IMG/VR virus record: IMGVR_UViG_3300036770_008729
Location: 217,115-281,114 of that record
Direction: 5' to 3' (one strand)
DNA: 64,000 bases
In this document: in pieces, positions 49,116 to 61,233 of the stretch
Position numbering within the stretch: the stretch's first letter is position 1
How the letters are laid out: each line of letters starts with the position of its first letter
The notes under the pieces: generated by a model
What the model saw: only the letters and a program-made list of their open reading frames with translations
Databases searched by the model: none
Told to the model about the DNA's origin: nothing
Translations under genes and position numbers: made by a program

Positions 49116-49508
49116 ATGAGTGTTATGGAAAGATTAAAGAAACTTATTTTTGGAGAAACTCCTTATGTAAAAGTAGAAGATAAAAATAGATTCTACTACA
49201 TGCTTCAGCAAATGCAAGCAAACAGATGGAAAATAACAGGCATTGTTCTTTTTCTTTTCTTCTTTATAATCTTTGGAATTAATATGGCTGTTATGTTCAA
49301 TGTTGAGATTGCTGAAAATTGGAAAGAAATGTTGCTAATTTTATTAGGTGCTTTTGTTGGTAACTTAAATAAAGTAGTTGATTATTGGTTTAACTCAGAA
49401 GATAGAGATAAGATGTTAATTCAAAAGGTTGATGAAGAAGATGGAAATACTTTATCATCTGTTTTAGAATACTCTAAACCTAAAAAAGACGCTGAAGGCG
49501 AATCTTAA
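49116..49508 (+). CDS. Two-TM membrane protein (holin-like)
   Basis: Two hydrophobic helices, VVDYWFNS, charged tail. Confidence 0.45.
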   Translation: MSVMERLKKLIFGETPYVKVEDKNRFYYMLQQMQANRWKITGIVLFLFFFIIFGINMAVMFNVEIAENWKEMLLILLGAFVGNLNKVVDYWFNSEDRDKMLIQKVDEEDGNTLSSVLEYSKPKKDAEGES

Positions 49509-49510
49509 AT

Positions 49511-50422
49511 ATGAAGTATTTAAAGTCATTTAGAATATTTGAATCAGCTAGTAAAAGTGTTTTTTACAATGAGCTAATGGGTAAGTTATTACACCTTTAT
49601 GGTTCTATTCCAGTTCCTAAAGAAAAATCGTCCGTTGTTATAAGTAAGATTATTTATAATTCAATGGGTAAGTTATTTAAGTTAGGAGAGAATGTGGATA
49701 TTAACTTTTGTAAATTACATGATAGAATTAGATTCAGTGATTACTTTGATTCTTTATTAGAAGATAAAGATGTAAGAGGTCATAATTTTGAAGGATTGGT
49801 TTCTGGTCTATTTGGTGGTAAGTTATCTGCTAGAGGAGCTAAATGGGATGTTACGTTAGATGGTTTGAAATATAGTGTAAAGTTTGTGGATAATAAAGGA
49901 AAGGCACCTGAGATTGGTAGATTTAAATATCTTATTAAGGCAAATCCAGAGATAGATAATAAAGTGATGGATGCTGGTGGACTTACTAGAGTTTTTCAAT
50001 CATCTGACTCAGAACTTAAGCTAGATGTTTGGAATTTAATTTCAAAAGATATAGAAGGATGGATAATGGCTTATCCAGATAATATAGAAAATCCAAATAA
50101 TATAGTTATCAACAAGATAGATAAGGCTGAAATGTTTAACTTATTAAATAAGGCGTGTGTTGTGTCACCAAAAGGTGGTTATAGTGATTGGTATTCACTT
50201 GCTTTAAGTTCTACATATGTAAAGAAAGGGGTTTTTACAAGCAGTGTGGTTAAGATACCAAAGGTGACTTTAGATGAGTTACAAGAAGAGATGAAAGCAG
50301 TACAATCAGAAAAATGGGCTGAATCTGTATTTGGTGAGATGGGAAATAAGATAAGACCGGATGTATTGAGATATATCAGAGCTAATAAAGATATGGTGAT
50401 AAAAAGATTAAGTCAGATTTAA
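49511..50422 (+). CDS. Tagged protein with PD-(D/E)xK nuclease-like motifs
   Basis: RGHNFEGL...KWDV...YSVK. Confidence 0.4.
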   Translation: MKYLKSFRIFESASKSVFYNELMGKLLHLYGSIPVPKEKSSVVISKIIYNSMGKLFKLGENVDINFCKLHDRIRFSDYFDSLLEDKDVRGHNFEGLVSGLFGGKLSARGAKWDVTLDGLKYSVKFVDNKGKAPEIGRFKYLIKANPEIDNKVMDAGGLTRVFQSSDSELKLDVWNLISKDIEGWIMAYPDNIENPNNIVINKIDKAEMFNLLNKACVVSPKGGYSDWYSLALSSTYVKKGVFTSSVVKIPKVTLDELQEEMKAVQSEKWAESVFGEMGNKIRPDVLRYIRANKDMVIKRLSQI

Positions 50423-50525
50423 TTTGTAAATCTGTATACATTTTGTAGAAAATTATATTTACCTGATTAAAAGTAAAACTTGATACCTACCAACAATATA
50501 TAAATTAAAACTAATCCTATTTAAC

Positions 50526-50837
50526 ATGAAAAAACTAATCTTAACAGCATCACTGATTGTTTCAGTATTTACTATTGCAACCAGCCAATCAACCATCGAT
50601 GACCAATATTCTTGTGTCAATCAACATTATTCAAACTTAACTAACTGTTTTCAAGTAAATGATGTCACTGGGACATATACTGGATCTGGATCAATTCTTT
50701 ATTTTCAACCATCAGCGGGTATAAGATTTGAACAATTTAATCCCTGTGTTGACACTTATAATAAAGACAGAGTTAGTTGTCCGACTTCACCACTCTTAGT
50801 TGTTGGCCAATCAAGGAAAAAGAAAACGATATTGTAA
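50526..50837 (+). CDS. Secreted Cys-containing hypothetical protein
   Basis: Signal peptide; 4 Cys. Confidence 0.5.
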   Translation: MKKLILTASLIVSVFTIATSQSTIDDQYSCVNQHYSNLTNCFQVNDVTGTYTGSGSILYFQPSAGIRFEQFNPCVDTYNKDRVSCPTSPLLVVGQSRKKKTIL

Positions 50838-50838
50838 T

Positions 50839-52059
50839 TTATCTTGTTATCTCTTCCCAATCAATAGATCCCCAAACTTGATTTCCACCTCCACCAGCCA
50901 CTTCAGCCGCGATACAAAGTGTAAATTCGGTCGCAACGCTTGTAAAGGTGTTTCTTTTTAATTGATATTGAAATAGTTTGTTTCTGTCTAAAGTCGATGT
51001 AATTGAACCCTGATTTGTATTACTAAAAAATCCTTGACTAATCACTCTACCACTTGAAAATGTATCACCAACTAAATTGTATTCCACAATTGAATCTGTG
51101 TAATTACTCCAAGTGCCTCCTGTTGTTGTTCCACCCTCTACTAACCTCCATGAATAATTACCAGAATCTTGAGCCAGACACGAAATTCCAGTTGGAATAG
51201 CAATACCATCTAAACTATTAGATTTTAGTCTTATTGACACAACTGGATAATATGTACCGGAAACACTCAGTGTGTAAGGTGATAACAATGACGTAGTAGC
51301 ATTTCTTGATTCACCTTTTATTTCGTATCCACCTTCTGAAATCACACTTGAGCAAATTTGCTTAAGTGTACTGGAACCAGAAGTATTTGATGTATTTGTT
51401 ATTTCATAACGCAATGGTAAACAAGCAGTAGTTGTGTATGTTGAATCAATTAAATTAGCATGATGGAATTTATGACAAGTGTAAAATTCACCATCTATTA
51501 CAAAACCACACCTTACTGTTCCAACGCCTAGCCATTCTATGTCCATCCAAAAAATTTGAGCCTTTGTTAGATCCAAGCTTTTACCGGATAATCCACTACC
51601 ATCAAATTTATCTATATTCCAAGATGATTTCTCTACTTCTGTATTTATAATAGCACCAGAAACTTTACTTCTTTTTACTAAATTAATTGTGTTGTCTTTT
51701 TGCTCGAGATAAATGCCATTTTCCAATCCAAAATAACCACATCTTTGTCTTAACCCCGATTGAGTTGCGCCAAAAACAAAAGTGTTTAACACTAACAAAC
51801 TTTTACCTGGTTGGTATGCGAATGTTTTATCAGTTTCTCTTATAACTTCCGATCCACTTATATTATCAACTTGCAATCTTATCAATCCCTGATTGGAATC
51901 AAAGGAAAATGTTCCTCCTCCAGAAATTTTTGTATTCCAATAACCATTATCCCTAAATCTATGACTTGAATCAAACAATGTGAAAGGTTCGGATACTCTT
52001 GTTCTACCGAAGGCGTCTGAATTTTTTGGAATTACTGTATTACTAAATAGGTATGACAT
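50839..52059 (-). CDS. Conserved beta-rich phage protein, probably structural
   Basis: DAFGRTRVS...YQPGKS...WLGVG. Confidence 0.6.
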   Translation of the reverse strand: MSYLFSNTVIPKNSDAFGRTRVSEPFTLFDSSHRFRDNGYWNTKISGGGTFSFDSNQGLIRLQVDNISGSEVIRETDKTFAYQPGKSLLVLNTFVFGATQSGLRQRCGYFGLENGIYLEQKDNTINLVKRSKVSGAIINTEVEKSSWNIDKFDGSGLSGKSLDLTKAQIFWMDIEWLGVGTVRCGFVIDGEFYTCHKFHHANLIDSTYTTTACLPLRYEITNTSNTSGSSTLKQICSSVISEGGYEIKGESRNATTSLLSPYTLSVSGTYYPVVSIRLKSNSLDGIAIPTGISCLAQDSGNYSWRLVEGGTTTGGTWSNYTDSIVEYNLVGDTFSSGRVISQGFFSNTNQGSITSTLDRNKLFQYQLKRNTFTSVATEFTLCIAAEVAGGGGNQVWGSIDWEEITR

Positions 52060-52075
52060 AGTTTATTTATTATTT

Positions 52076-52759
52076 TTATATTATCCACCAAGTATTTACT
52101 CTCCACATCAAAGTAATTGAACCATTATCTAAAGCTATTATTGCTTGATTTGATTGGTCAATTTTAGATGCATTAACCGTTATCGGAAAAGTTGCAGCAT
52201 TTCCTGATTCATCTTTTATAATAACTACTTTACCATCAGATGTATAATCCGGTATCGTAATTGTAGCAGATGTTGATGAGTGAGATATTCCGAAATATTG
52301 TGTTGGTGTATTATCAATGACTATACTATATGAGGCTGATGTTACACCAATCGCGGTGTGAAATCCTGAGCTACCGGTTGGACCAATAGGGCCTTGAGGT
52401 CCCGTTGAACCAGTTATACCAGCAATCATCAATGTCCAATGTACTAAATCTAAATCAGGACTTGAATATGTTGGTCCGGGAGTTAGTGAGTCAATACATA
52501 GATAGGTATTTCCATTATAAGACACAATATCATAAAAAGAATATAACATCATATCATCCCAAGAACCAGCCCAATATAAAGAAGTTCCATTTGCACCGGT
52601 TGCTCCTGTTGGACCAACTGGTCCGACTGAATAGGTACCTGGTCCTAAATCGAGTAGTGTTCCAAATCCGTCATAGTATGTATTTGGTGTTCCTAAAACG
52701 ACTTGAACTATTCTACCATATGTTGAAGATACGGTTGCTCCGGTAAGATTATAACTCAT
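52076..52759 (-). CDS. Collagen-like fibre protein
   Basis: GPTGATG repeats; IKDESG C-terminal domain. Confidence 0.7.
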   Translation of the reverse strand: MSYNLTGATVSSTYGRIVQVVLGTPNTYYDGFGTLLDLGPGTYSVGPVGPTGATGANGTSLYWAGSWDDMMLYSFYDIVSYNGNTYLCIDSLTPGPTYSSPDLDLVHWTLMIAGITGSTGPQGPIGPTGSSGFHTAIGVTSASYSIVIDNTPTQYFGISHSSTSATITIPDYTSDGKVVIIKDESGNAATFPITVNASKIDQSNQAIIALDNGSITLMWRVNTWWII

Positions 52760-52804
52760 GATTGTATATATAAAGTTTAAGACGGTCAAATTAATATATA
52801 ACTT

Positions 52805-53808
52805 ATGTCTCAATTTTATTCTACACTTTTAGGAACATTAATAGATTGGACCGATTCTGAAATTGCTATCGGTAAAAAATTTCTTGATTGGAACGAAGTT
52901 TCTATAAACTGGGAAGAGGTAGACTTGCACTGGGAAGATGTTTTTATACTGTTACAAAGAAGAGGAGGTTCTGGTGGTCAAGGTAGAGGTGATCTGCAAA
53001 AAGAGTTAGAAAAACTTTATCAAGAAGGTAATCCTTGGAAAAAACTATCTGAGATTAATCCAGAAAAAGGCGAAAGGTTAATTAAAGTTATTTGCAAAAT
53101 GAAAGGAATTGAATACTCAACTATTTTAGAAAAAAAGGATGGTGTTAGAGTTTTAATTAATGATTTTGTCAGAAAAGAAAATAAAGTGAGCGTAAAAGTA
53201 AAATTTTAATTTTTAATATATATCTTATGAAAAAAGACATTCTTACATTTAATGATTTCTTAAGTGATAAACCAACAATCAATTCACACATTGATGATTT
53301 ACAAGATATTACTGAAAACATTGAAGAAATTTTAGAAGAAGAAACAACTGAAGAGGAATTTAATTTATCCATTGATAAGTTAAATCTATTGAAAGAAGAA
53401 TTTGAATTAACTGACGATGAAATTAATAAAATCTCAAGTAATACAAAGAAATCAGAGGATGATGATTTTTACAAATTATGGAGGGACATCAATGAAAAGT
53501 TTGAATGTGATATCTTTATCGAAGGTGCTAGACATGAAGAAACAGAGGTTAGATTAGTAATTGAATCAGAAGATTGGAATTTAATATTCAGAGGATATAT
53601 ACAGGACGGTAAATGTCATATACCAATTAAGAAACTTGAAATATTAGAAGAGAATCTAATCGGTGATATAAAATTAGAGGTTATAGCAGAAGGTAGTGTA
53701 TTTATTCCGTGGAGTGGAAAGTTTGTTGTTAAGTCGTCAAAAAATATAAAAACTCTAAATGAGGGATTGAGACCTAAGATTGGAGTTGAAGTAGGTAAAG
53801 TAAAATGA
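52805..53808 (+). CDS. Two hypothetical proteins (52805-53209, 53227-53808)
   Basis: Each preceded by TAATATATA. Confidence 0.6.
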
Positions 53809-53831
53809 ATCAAATGATTCAATCATATTGA

Positions 53832-54182
53832 TCATAAAATGTTATCTAATTTTTCATCACGCCATTTCGCTATAAGCTCAGGTATCATTTCAAAATCAAC
53901 CCCAAAACTCATTTCTTCTATATCTAACTTTTTAAAGTATTTTAATTTAGAGGCTAAAAAGTCTAATTCAATGCAAACATTGCTTATCACATTTGCACCA
54001 TAGATTTTACTTTTAAGTAGATGTTCAATTTTATTTAAATCTTTTTTATCAGATAAAGTGATTATTGATTCTACTTGACCATGTAAATCTTCTCTGATAC
54101 ATTTTTTTGCCTTTTCAATTAATTCTAATCTTTCCCACCAATCAGGTGAAGGTAAGTCACTGTAGTTGCACCAATCTTCCAT
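53832..54182 (-). CDS. Hypothetical protein with C-terminal tag
   Basis: WRDEKLDNIL. Confidence 0.6.
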   Translation of the reverse strand: MEDWCNYSDLPSPDWWERLELIEKAKKCIREDLHGQVESIITLSDKKDLNKIEHLLKSKIYGANVISNVCIELDFLASKLKYFKKLDIEEMSFGVDFEMIPELIAKWRDEKLDNIL

Positions 54183-54220
54183 TTTACAAAAATAGTTATT
54201 ATAATTTATATATATACATT

Positions 54221-54718
54221 ATGAGGTATATAAAAAGTTTTCATATTTTTGAAAATAAAAATAGTCCAGAAGTAGTATCTTACCTACAAGAGATATTGGA
54301 TAGTGCAAAGTTAGATGGATTCAAAGTTAATTTTAGCATTAACGATCCTAATTTGTTTCTTAGAGGATTTGCCAGAGTCGTTGGTGCTGGAAAAATACCA
54401 GACATCAATATTAATTTAGAAAAAAATCCAGTAGTTGGATATAATGAAATAGGTCCTTATATTGATCATGTCTTTAGTTATCTCATTGAACAAAAATATA
54501 CAATATATGATTTTTCTGTTTCTACAGTTCATCAAGGAGTTACAGATAATAGAATACCATATAAGTATCCAAGTCATTTAGTATTTGTAAAAGAGGGAGT
54601 TGTTAAAATACCTAATTCTACAGATAAAACATTTGATTGGGTTTATGAATATTTCAACACACCTAAAATGGAAGACGCTTTAGTGAAATCGGTATCAATT
54701 TCATTTGTAAAATCCTAA
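54221..54718 (+). CDS. N-terminal-tag family protein
   Basis: MRYIKSFHIFE; start reassigned. Confidence 0.6.
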   Translation: MRYIKSFHIFENKNSPEVVSYLQEILDSAKLDGFKVNFSINDPNLFLRGFARVVGAGKIPDININLEKNPVVGYNEIGPYIDHVFSYLIEQKYTIYDFSVSTVHQGVTDNRIPYKYPSHLVFVKEGVVKIPNSTDKTFDWVYEYFNTPKMEDALVKSVSISFVKS

Positions 54719-55243
54719 ACTAAATGCTTCTATCTGTAATTTATTTTGGTCAATAGGATCTCTACCTGTCATATGATAATTGGCTTGTTCTTTATCATTT
54801 AAAAATTGTCTAATACTCTGAAAATCTTTGAAATATAAAAATCCACCATATCCACCCCGACGATTGAAAATTTTGATTTTTGAATAGATATAGTTTGGAA
54901 CTAAACCATAAGCCGAATTTAAATAAGAGGAAAAATAATTATAATAAGTATCTAATTCATCAATATTGAATAACTCGATTTGACCGGATTTAGCTTCAAG
55001 ATTAACCGTAAAAGAATTATTATTGAATGGTTGTAAAACATATTTATTCAATTCAGATGAATTGATATAAAATTGACCTGTTTCTCTTTCTTTCTTATCA
55101 AAATCTATAATAAGAGATGATGATAGACTTAAAGTAACATTGAAATTTAGTTGTTTAAAGTCAATTAATCGGTCTTCAACTTCTTCTAAATCAATTTCAT
55201 CTTTAAGTGATTCAAAAATTCTAAAGGTCTTAATCCATTTCAT
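54701..55243 (-). CDS. N-terminal-tag family protein
   Basis: MKWIKTFRIFES; start reassigned. Confidence 0.6.
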   Translation of the reverse strand: MKWIKTFRIFESLKDEIDLEEVEDRLIDFKQLNFNVTLSLSSSLIIDFDKKERETGQFYINSSELNKYVLQPFNNNSFTVNLEAKSGQIELFNIDELDTYYNYFSSYLNSAYGLVPNYIYSKIKIFNRRGGYGGFLYFKDFQSIRQFLNDKEQANYHMTGRDPIDQNKLQIEAFSLGFYK

Positions 55244-55268
55244 ATTGTTATATATTAATATATAAATC

Positions 55269-55808
55269 ATGAAATTTATTTCATCTTATAACTTATTTAA
55301 AATTAATGAGTCTTCACAAGAAGAAGCATGGGAATTAGTTGGCCAATCGCACCCAGTAATTAGCTTTACTGTAAATTCATTAGGTTATAGTTTTGATGAA
55401 GAATCGGTTATTAGATTGAGTGCTATTATAAATGGTCTCCCAGAGTATTTAGCAAATTACTATCATATTAAGGACTTCGAAAATTTAGAAAATAAAGATA
55501 GTGATATTGGTCTTTTACAAAAAATGAAAGAAATATCTACTCTACCAAATGCTAGAAATCTTTACAGAAAACTAATGCTACAAAGAGATTTGATGGATGT
55601 TGATAATGAAGGTAGACCGAGAAAAAGAAGTTATAATGTGGTAGAAAATTTTGATAGAATTTTATCGAGTCAATATGAACCACCGGTAATATTTTATGAT
55701 GGAGAAAAGTATTATGTAGTAGGAGGTAGAACTAGACTTTTTGCATCGGTTGCTGCTAATGTTCCAATTAGAGTAAAGATTTTAACTAAAGAAGACTTAG
55801 TAGTATAG
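55269..55808 (+). CDS. ParB/Srx-like domain protein with tag
   Basis: PPVIF...YYVVGGRTRL. Confidence 0.55.
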   Translation: MKFISSYNLFKINESSQEEAWELVGQSHPVISFTVNSLGYSFDEESVIRLSAIINGLPEYLANYYHIKDFENLENKDSDIGLLQKMKEISTLPNARNLYRKLMLQRDLMDVDNEGRPRKRSYNVVENFDRILSSQYEPPVIFYDGEKYYVVGGRTRLFASVAANVPIRVKILTKEDLVV

Positions 55809-55919
55809 TAAATAATTTAATACTTAAGTATTTTGTCTAATTTTTTATCTCTTAGTTCATCAGAAGATAAAGAAAAAATTACAGATTAGTTGTTAATAAA
55901 TTTTATCAATTTGGTGATA

Positions 55920-56540
55920 TTATGCTATTGAATCAAAACGTTTTATAGAAAATGGCCCTACTTGTTTTTTGATTGATGGATCATTTTTACCTAATCTTTT
56001 TCCTCTTTTTTCTCTCAGTCTCAAAAACCTTTCTTTCTGAGTTCCACGAATTTCAGAATCGCCAAGATTTAAAGCACCAACAGCTTTATCATCGGCGAGT
56101 TTGAATTCAGAGTCTGTTGTTTCTTGTTTCTCAATTTCTTCTGTTGGATTTACTGGTGTTGGTTCAACTTCAACTGGTTTTTTTATTTCACCTAAGATTT
56201 CACCTACAAGTTTTTCAAAAGTATCAACAACTGATTTATATTTTCTACCATCAGTTCCACTAAGCCAAATACCTCTATTTGTTTGTGAAATAATTTTAGT
56301 GATGAAGTTTTTCCAAAGACCTACTTCTCTTTTAGCTCTTGATAAATCATTATACTTACATTCTCTTTCTAACTTATCAAGTCTCATTTGAATTTCTTTA
56401 GCTTCTTGTTTATATCTCTGAGGAACCATAGATTCGTAAGCCATTAATAAAACTCGTTTGGTCTTATTGATATGATTAGTCAATTCTCTAGTGTCTATTT
56501 GATTAGAGGTTGATTCGTTGAATGTCATTAAGTATTTCAT
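55920..56540 (-). CDS. N-terminal-tag family protein
   Basis: MKYLMTFNES. Confidence 0.6.
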   Translation of the reverse strand: MKYLMTFNESTSNQIDTRELTNHINKTKRVLLMAYESMVPQRYKQEAKEIQMRLDKLERECKYNDLSRAKREVGLWKNFITKIISQTNRGIWLSGTDGRKYKSVVDTFEKLVGEILGEIKKPVEVEPTPVNPTEEIEKQETTDSEFKLADDKAVGALNLGDSEIRGTQKERFLRLREKRGKRLGKNDPSIKKQVGPFSIKRFDSIA

Positions 56541-56958
56541 ACTTTGATTATTATTTTATAGTTTATATATAAATAAATCTTACAAAAAAGATCTCAAAGT
56601 GTTAAGGATTTAGATAAGGCAGTGTGATCCAAAATAAATTATTTTATATTTGGATTTTGACATTTAAGTTGACCAGTATTTTCGTAATGGTTAAGTCGTT
56701 GTTGTAATTGATATACTTGGTAAGATTGGTAGGCAATAAAGATTCCTAATAAGATGTTGATTATTAATTTAATGGTTTTTTGCATTTTTAAATTTTAATT
56801 ACAAATATACAAAATATTTTTCAATTTTTTTAGAATTTAGTCATTGTTGGATCGTTTAGTAAAAAAGTTCCTAATTCTTACTGGTGTTAAGTTTGAAGAT
56901 CCTATGAAAATTGGTGTTGTATTTCCTGTTGTTGCTGACATATGTTATTTGTTATTTT

Positions 56959-57600
56959 TTAAATAAAATTATAATAATTGAATAAGTTTATAGATGGTGA
57001 TGTATAAGTAGTTCCTGCTAATCCTTGAGCACCTTGTGGTCCTTGAACACCCTGACTACCAGTTGGACCTGCAGGACCCTGTGGACCAATTGACCCCTGA
57101 ACACCTTGTGGCCCTTGTGGACCTTGAGAACCTTGTGAAGATAACAATGCCCATCCGATAGTATCTTCATAAGGAGTGCTTGTTGTTGCCGTTGAAATTG
57201 TAGCAATACAAAACCAAGAAGAACCACTAAATCCAACAGCATCATTCACACTATATGTTGATGATGATGTCCATGCTCCCTGCCAATAAAGACCCGCTGG
57301 TCCTACCGGACCTTGTGTTCCTTGAGCACCTTGTGGACCTTGAACACCATTTGGTCCAGTTGGACCTGCTTCTCCTTGTGGACCAGCTATACCCTGTACA
57401 CCTTGAGCACCTTGTGGACCTTGAGGTCCAGCAGGTCCGGTTGGACCAGTAGCGCCACCTCCCCCACCACCTCCACCTTGAACCTCTCTATATTCACCGT
57501 TCTCAAGTATGGTTATGTTATCATTTAGTATACCAATAGCACTATATCCAGGTGCAATTGACCCAGTAAGTCCACTATTTTTAAATATTATTTTTCTCAT
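56959..57600 (-). CDS. Collagen triple-helix repeat protein
   Basis: Two long G-X-Y runs (GPQ/GPT/GAQ). Confidence 0.85.
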   Translation of the reverse strand: MRKIIFKNSGLTGSIAPGYSAIGILNDNITILENGEYREVQGGGGGGGGATGPTGPAGPQGPQGAQGVQGIAGPQGEAGPTGPNGVQGPQGAQGTQGPVGPAGLYWQGAWTSSSTYSVNDAVGFSGSSWFCIATISTATTSTPYEDTIGWALLSSQGSQGPQGPQGVQGSIGPQGPAGPTGSQGVQGPQGAQGLAGTTYTSPSINLFNYYNFI

Positions 57601-57662
57601 TGAAGTATATATAAAATTTAGAAATTGAATCTTTTTTGAAAATTCAAATTAATATATAAACT

Positions 57663-57923
57663 ATGAAATATTTAAAATTATTTGAGGATTTTGAAGAAGG
57701 AGCTGAAGTCGAAATCCATGATGAACCATCAGGAGATACTGATGATGTAAAGGTAAAAGGTCATGATTTGACTATTGCTCAATTGAAGCAACAAGGATTT
57801 GTAATCGGGAGCTTTGCATGTGAAGATGGTGAAGTTGTTATGATCAACGGAATGGAAGCTGACGAATGGTTAGATAACCAAGGACCTATGGAAGGAACAG
57901 AAGAAAGTCCAGATAATTATTAA
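57663..57923 (+). CDS. Acidic N-terminal-tag family protein
   Basis: MKYLKLFEDF; TAATATATA 57650-57658. Confidence 0.6.
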   Translation: MKYLKLFEDFEEGAEVEIHDEPSGDTDDVKVKGHDLTIAQLKQQGFVIGSFACEDGEVVMINGMEADEWLDNQGPMEGTEESPDNY

Positions 57924-58436
57924 TTCCTATCTGAAAATTTTGATACTATTCCTGCGATAAGTACCACAACAGGTACTATTATTGCTACTATTTGTTCTGT
58001 ATTCATACTACAAATATAAGCACAGAAATTTAATTTTCCAAATTTATTATTTGATTTATTAAACATGATTCTATATTAATTAGAAGTTAATAAAAAAGAT
58101 ATATAAAATAAAAAGTATTACTATGACAGAAGAATTACCAACAATCAAATTTTTAGAAGATAAAATTATTACAACTAAAGATGGTGTTGTAGAAGTTTGG
58201 AGTAGATGGAACGGAGACGAATCAAAATTTATCGTCTATCAAGGAATAAGATATAAGTTATCAAGAACAAAAGAAGCCTCTCAATAATGAGAGGTTTTTT
58301 CATGATAAGATGATGTAAATAAAAAATGCTAATACGATATAAAAAATAGTTTTTGCGAAGAAAGTACATTCATCAGAATTTCTATTTGTAATGCTTTTAA
58401 TAATATTTTTCATAGCACAAATATAATAAAATTTTT

Positions 58437-60375
58437 TTATATAATGAATTTTCTAATTGCTCTTACAGAAATAGCTAGTGATGATAGTGTCGATACCGTT
58501 TTTGTAGCAACTGTTCCCAATGAATTATCAACTCTATAAATAAGGGCACGTGTGTCAAACTCTGTACTAGTCCAATAATATGGCCTAGCTCTTAAGTCGA
58601 AAGAGACTCCCCCAGCATCTTCAATTCCTTGTGAAACATGAAAAAGATTATTTGTCATTGTTTCAAATTCTTGTGAGGATGGTAAATACCAATCTGTTTT
58701 CCCATTTCTGGAACTATCTAAGCAAAGTTGAGCAGCCGATTGAGTGTGTCCAACTTGTTGTGTAATAGCAACCGAATTACTTAAGCCATTGAATAAACTC
58801 TGAGCACTTACTCCTATGACAGATGTTGTTCCTGACCATCTTGTACCAACTGCTAAATTATCAGTATCAACCACTAAGTAATGTTGTCTACTATTCTCAA
58901 TCCATCTTTCGCAGATTACACCACCCTCATCAGGTACCCACTGACCAATTTCATACTTGAAGTCTAATAATGTGGTTTCGTTACCTACTTTTGTAGATAG
59001 AACACCAGATGTTGCTCCTAATACTACAAATCCAATTGGACTCTTCGAGTCAAGACCGCCATTTTGTATGTATATTTTTGTAATCATTTATATGACTAAT
59101 TTTCTTATTGCTCTGACTCTATAGCTAAGACTTTTTAAGTTACCAAATGAATCTGTAATTCTAGATCGATAGTACATTGCATAGTTTGTAAAATCATATT
59201 CCGTACTTGTCCAGTATGCATTAGGTGGTTCGAAAGCAGTTGCTCCAATACTTTCAAGTGTTCTAGAAACTTCAAACATATTAACTAAAAGTAAATCAAA
59301 TTCTTTCAAAGAAGGCAAATACCAATCATTTTTTCCATTATTTGTAGAGTTTAGACAAAGACTCGCCGCTGATGTTGAATGACCAACTTGATTGATTACA
59401 GCGACTGAATTGCTCATCCCATTCCAAACACTTTGAGCAGATGATCCGATAGTAGTAGAAACATTACTCCAGACGGTTCCAGAAGATATATCAGATGTGT
59501 CTACAATCAGATAACTTTGTGAAGCACCTGATAACCATCTATAGTAGACAATTCCACCCTCTGATGGTAAATAGTCACCTATCTCGTATGTAAATCTAAA
59601 TACTCTGGTATTACCAGTCACTAATAATTGACTACTGGTTGCTGTAATAGATATCAGACCTTGATTTGAATCGGAATAATTTGAATTATTAATATACAGT
59701 CTACTCATATTAAATGCTAAATTTTCTTACAGCCCTCACAAGTTGTTTATTTGATTTACTGACAAGACTATTAAAGAATCCAGAAAAAAATGAATGACTA
59801 TAGGCCTGAGTAGCAGTTTGTTCAGTACTGCTCCAATGTCCAATATTTGGATTGAATGCTGAGGCACCAGCAGCTACAACACCTTGACTCACATGAAAAT
59901 AATTTATCCATATCTTATTCATTTCAAATATAGCTGGTAAATACCAATCATTCTTACCACCATTCGTGCTCGTATCACAAAGATAAGCCGCACCACTAAC
60001 ATCACCCTGATTTAACATAGCAACTGAATTAGATGGTCCATTCCAAAGACTCTGTGATGTAGTTCCTATCAGAGAAGATGTTACGGAGCTAAAACTTGCA
60101 GATCCACCAAGATATCCAGTATCAACAACCAAATACCATTGCTTTGAGTCTTCGACCCATCTATGAAAAATTATACCACCTTCATCAGAAACCCATTGTC
60201 CTATTTTGTATGTAAATTGAACATCTGCATTTCCAATTGGAGCATCTACTATAGTAGTTGTTACTAATTCAGTTGAATTCTGAATAGCTAAGTTACTTCC
60301 AGTGGAGGTAATTAAAATACCATTAGGTAACGAAGTACTATTGAGTCCAGTTCTTAGAAATATTCTTTTAGGCAT
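58437..60375 (-). CDS. Three tandem DUF1566/Lcl-type paralogs (58437-59087, 59088-59708, 59710-60375)
   Basis: YxIG...GG...DWYLP...W(T/S)STE...VRA(I/V)RK. Confidence 0.75.
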
Positions 60376-60606
60376 AATCTATATATTAAAAACTTATTGA
60401 AAAATTTTTCTATATATATATGTATGTATAAATTGCTAATCTAAAATTAGTAACCCTATAGTAAGAATAGGGAGTATCTCAGAATAGATCTTACCTCTCT
60501 TTCTGTTTCGCACTAACATCGAGCGAGTTGTTTTGGTTTAAAAATCTAAAACTGCCTTCTTTCAAAAAGGTACTCAAAGTGAGAACGAATCGATGTTTTT
60601 TATTAG

Positions 60607-61207
60607 ATGATAATATTCAATACTATAAAACAAGCCGAGCACTATGTTAAATGGTGTCAAAAAAACATGGACTATAATGTTGGTCATTATGAGTGGAGAT
60701 CTCAAACTACTTATATAAAGGATAATCTAGTCCTACAAAACAACAGTGGTGATAGTTGTGGGTGTGGTTGTGATAATGGTAAATATAGTGATATAATAGT
60801 ATTGGGTAGAATAAAGTCGTATAATACTAAAACGATTAGAGATAGAAAAATGATTCAAATTTTAGATAAATAAATTTGAAAATACTTTGACTTTCCAAAA
60901 AAAGCCTTATATTTGTATAAGGAAATAATAACTAAAAAATAAAATTATGAAAACAAAAATTTTCAACTTTTACTTAGGAAATTATAAATCAATTCATCAT
61001 TTGATAACTATATCAATGATGTTTTCATTTATGTGTTTCATAGATTCGTTAATTGTGAAGTTACCTCTTTTCGAACCTACTATTGACTCTTTCTTATTCA
61101 ATTTTATTTTACTTTTCCTTTCTTATAAAGTAACTAATTTCACTTTAGATAAATCTGGATTAGATGCTCAAATTCAAAAAGAGATCAAAAAAAAACAGAC
61201 AATATAA
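60607..61207 (+). CDS. Two small ORFs (60607-60873 with C-terminal tag; 60947-61207 membrane)
   Basis: IRDRKMIQIL; two TM segments. Confidence 0.55.
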
Positions 61208-61233
61208 TTGTCTGTTTTTTTAGTTTGATAAAT

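Noticed and set aside
2498-57528. Shadow ORFs (e.g. 2498, 2815, 4195, 9906, 16151, 26224, 42726, 42762, 52405, 56101, 57018, 57255, 57313)
   Set aside because: Antisense or off-frame to longer, motif-bearing genes.
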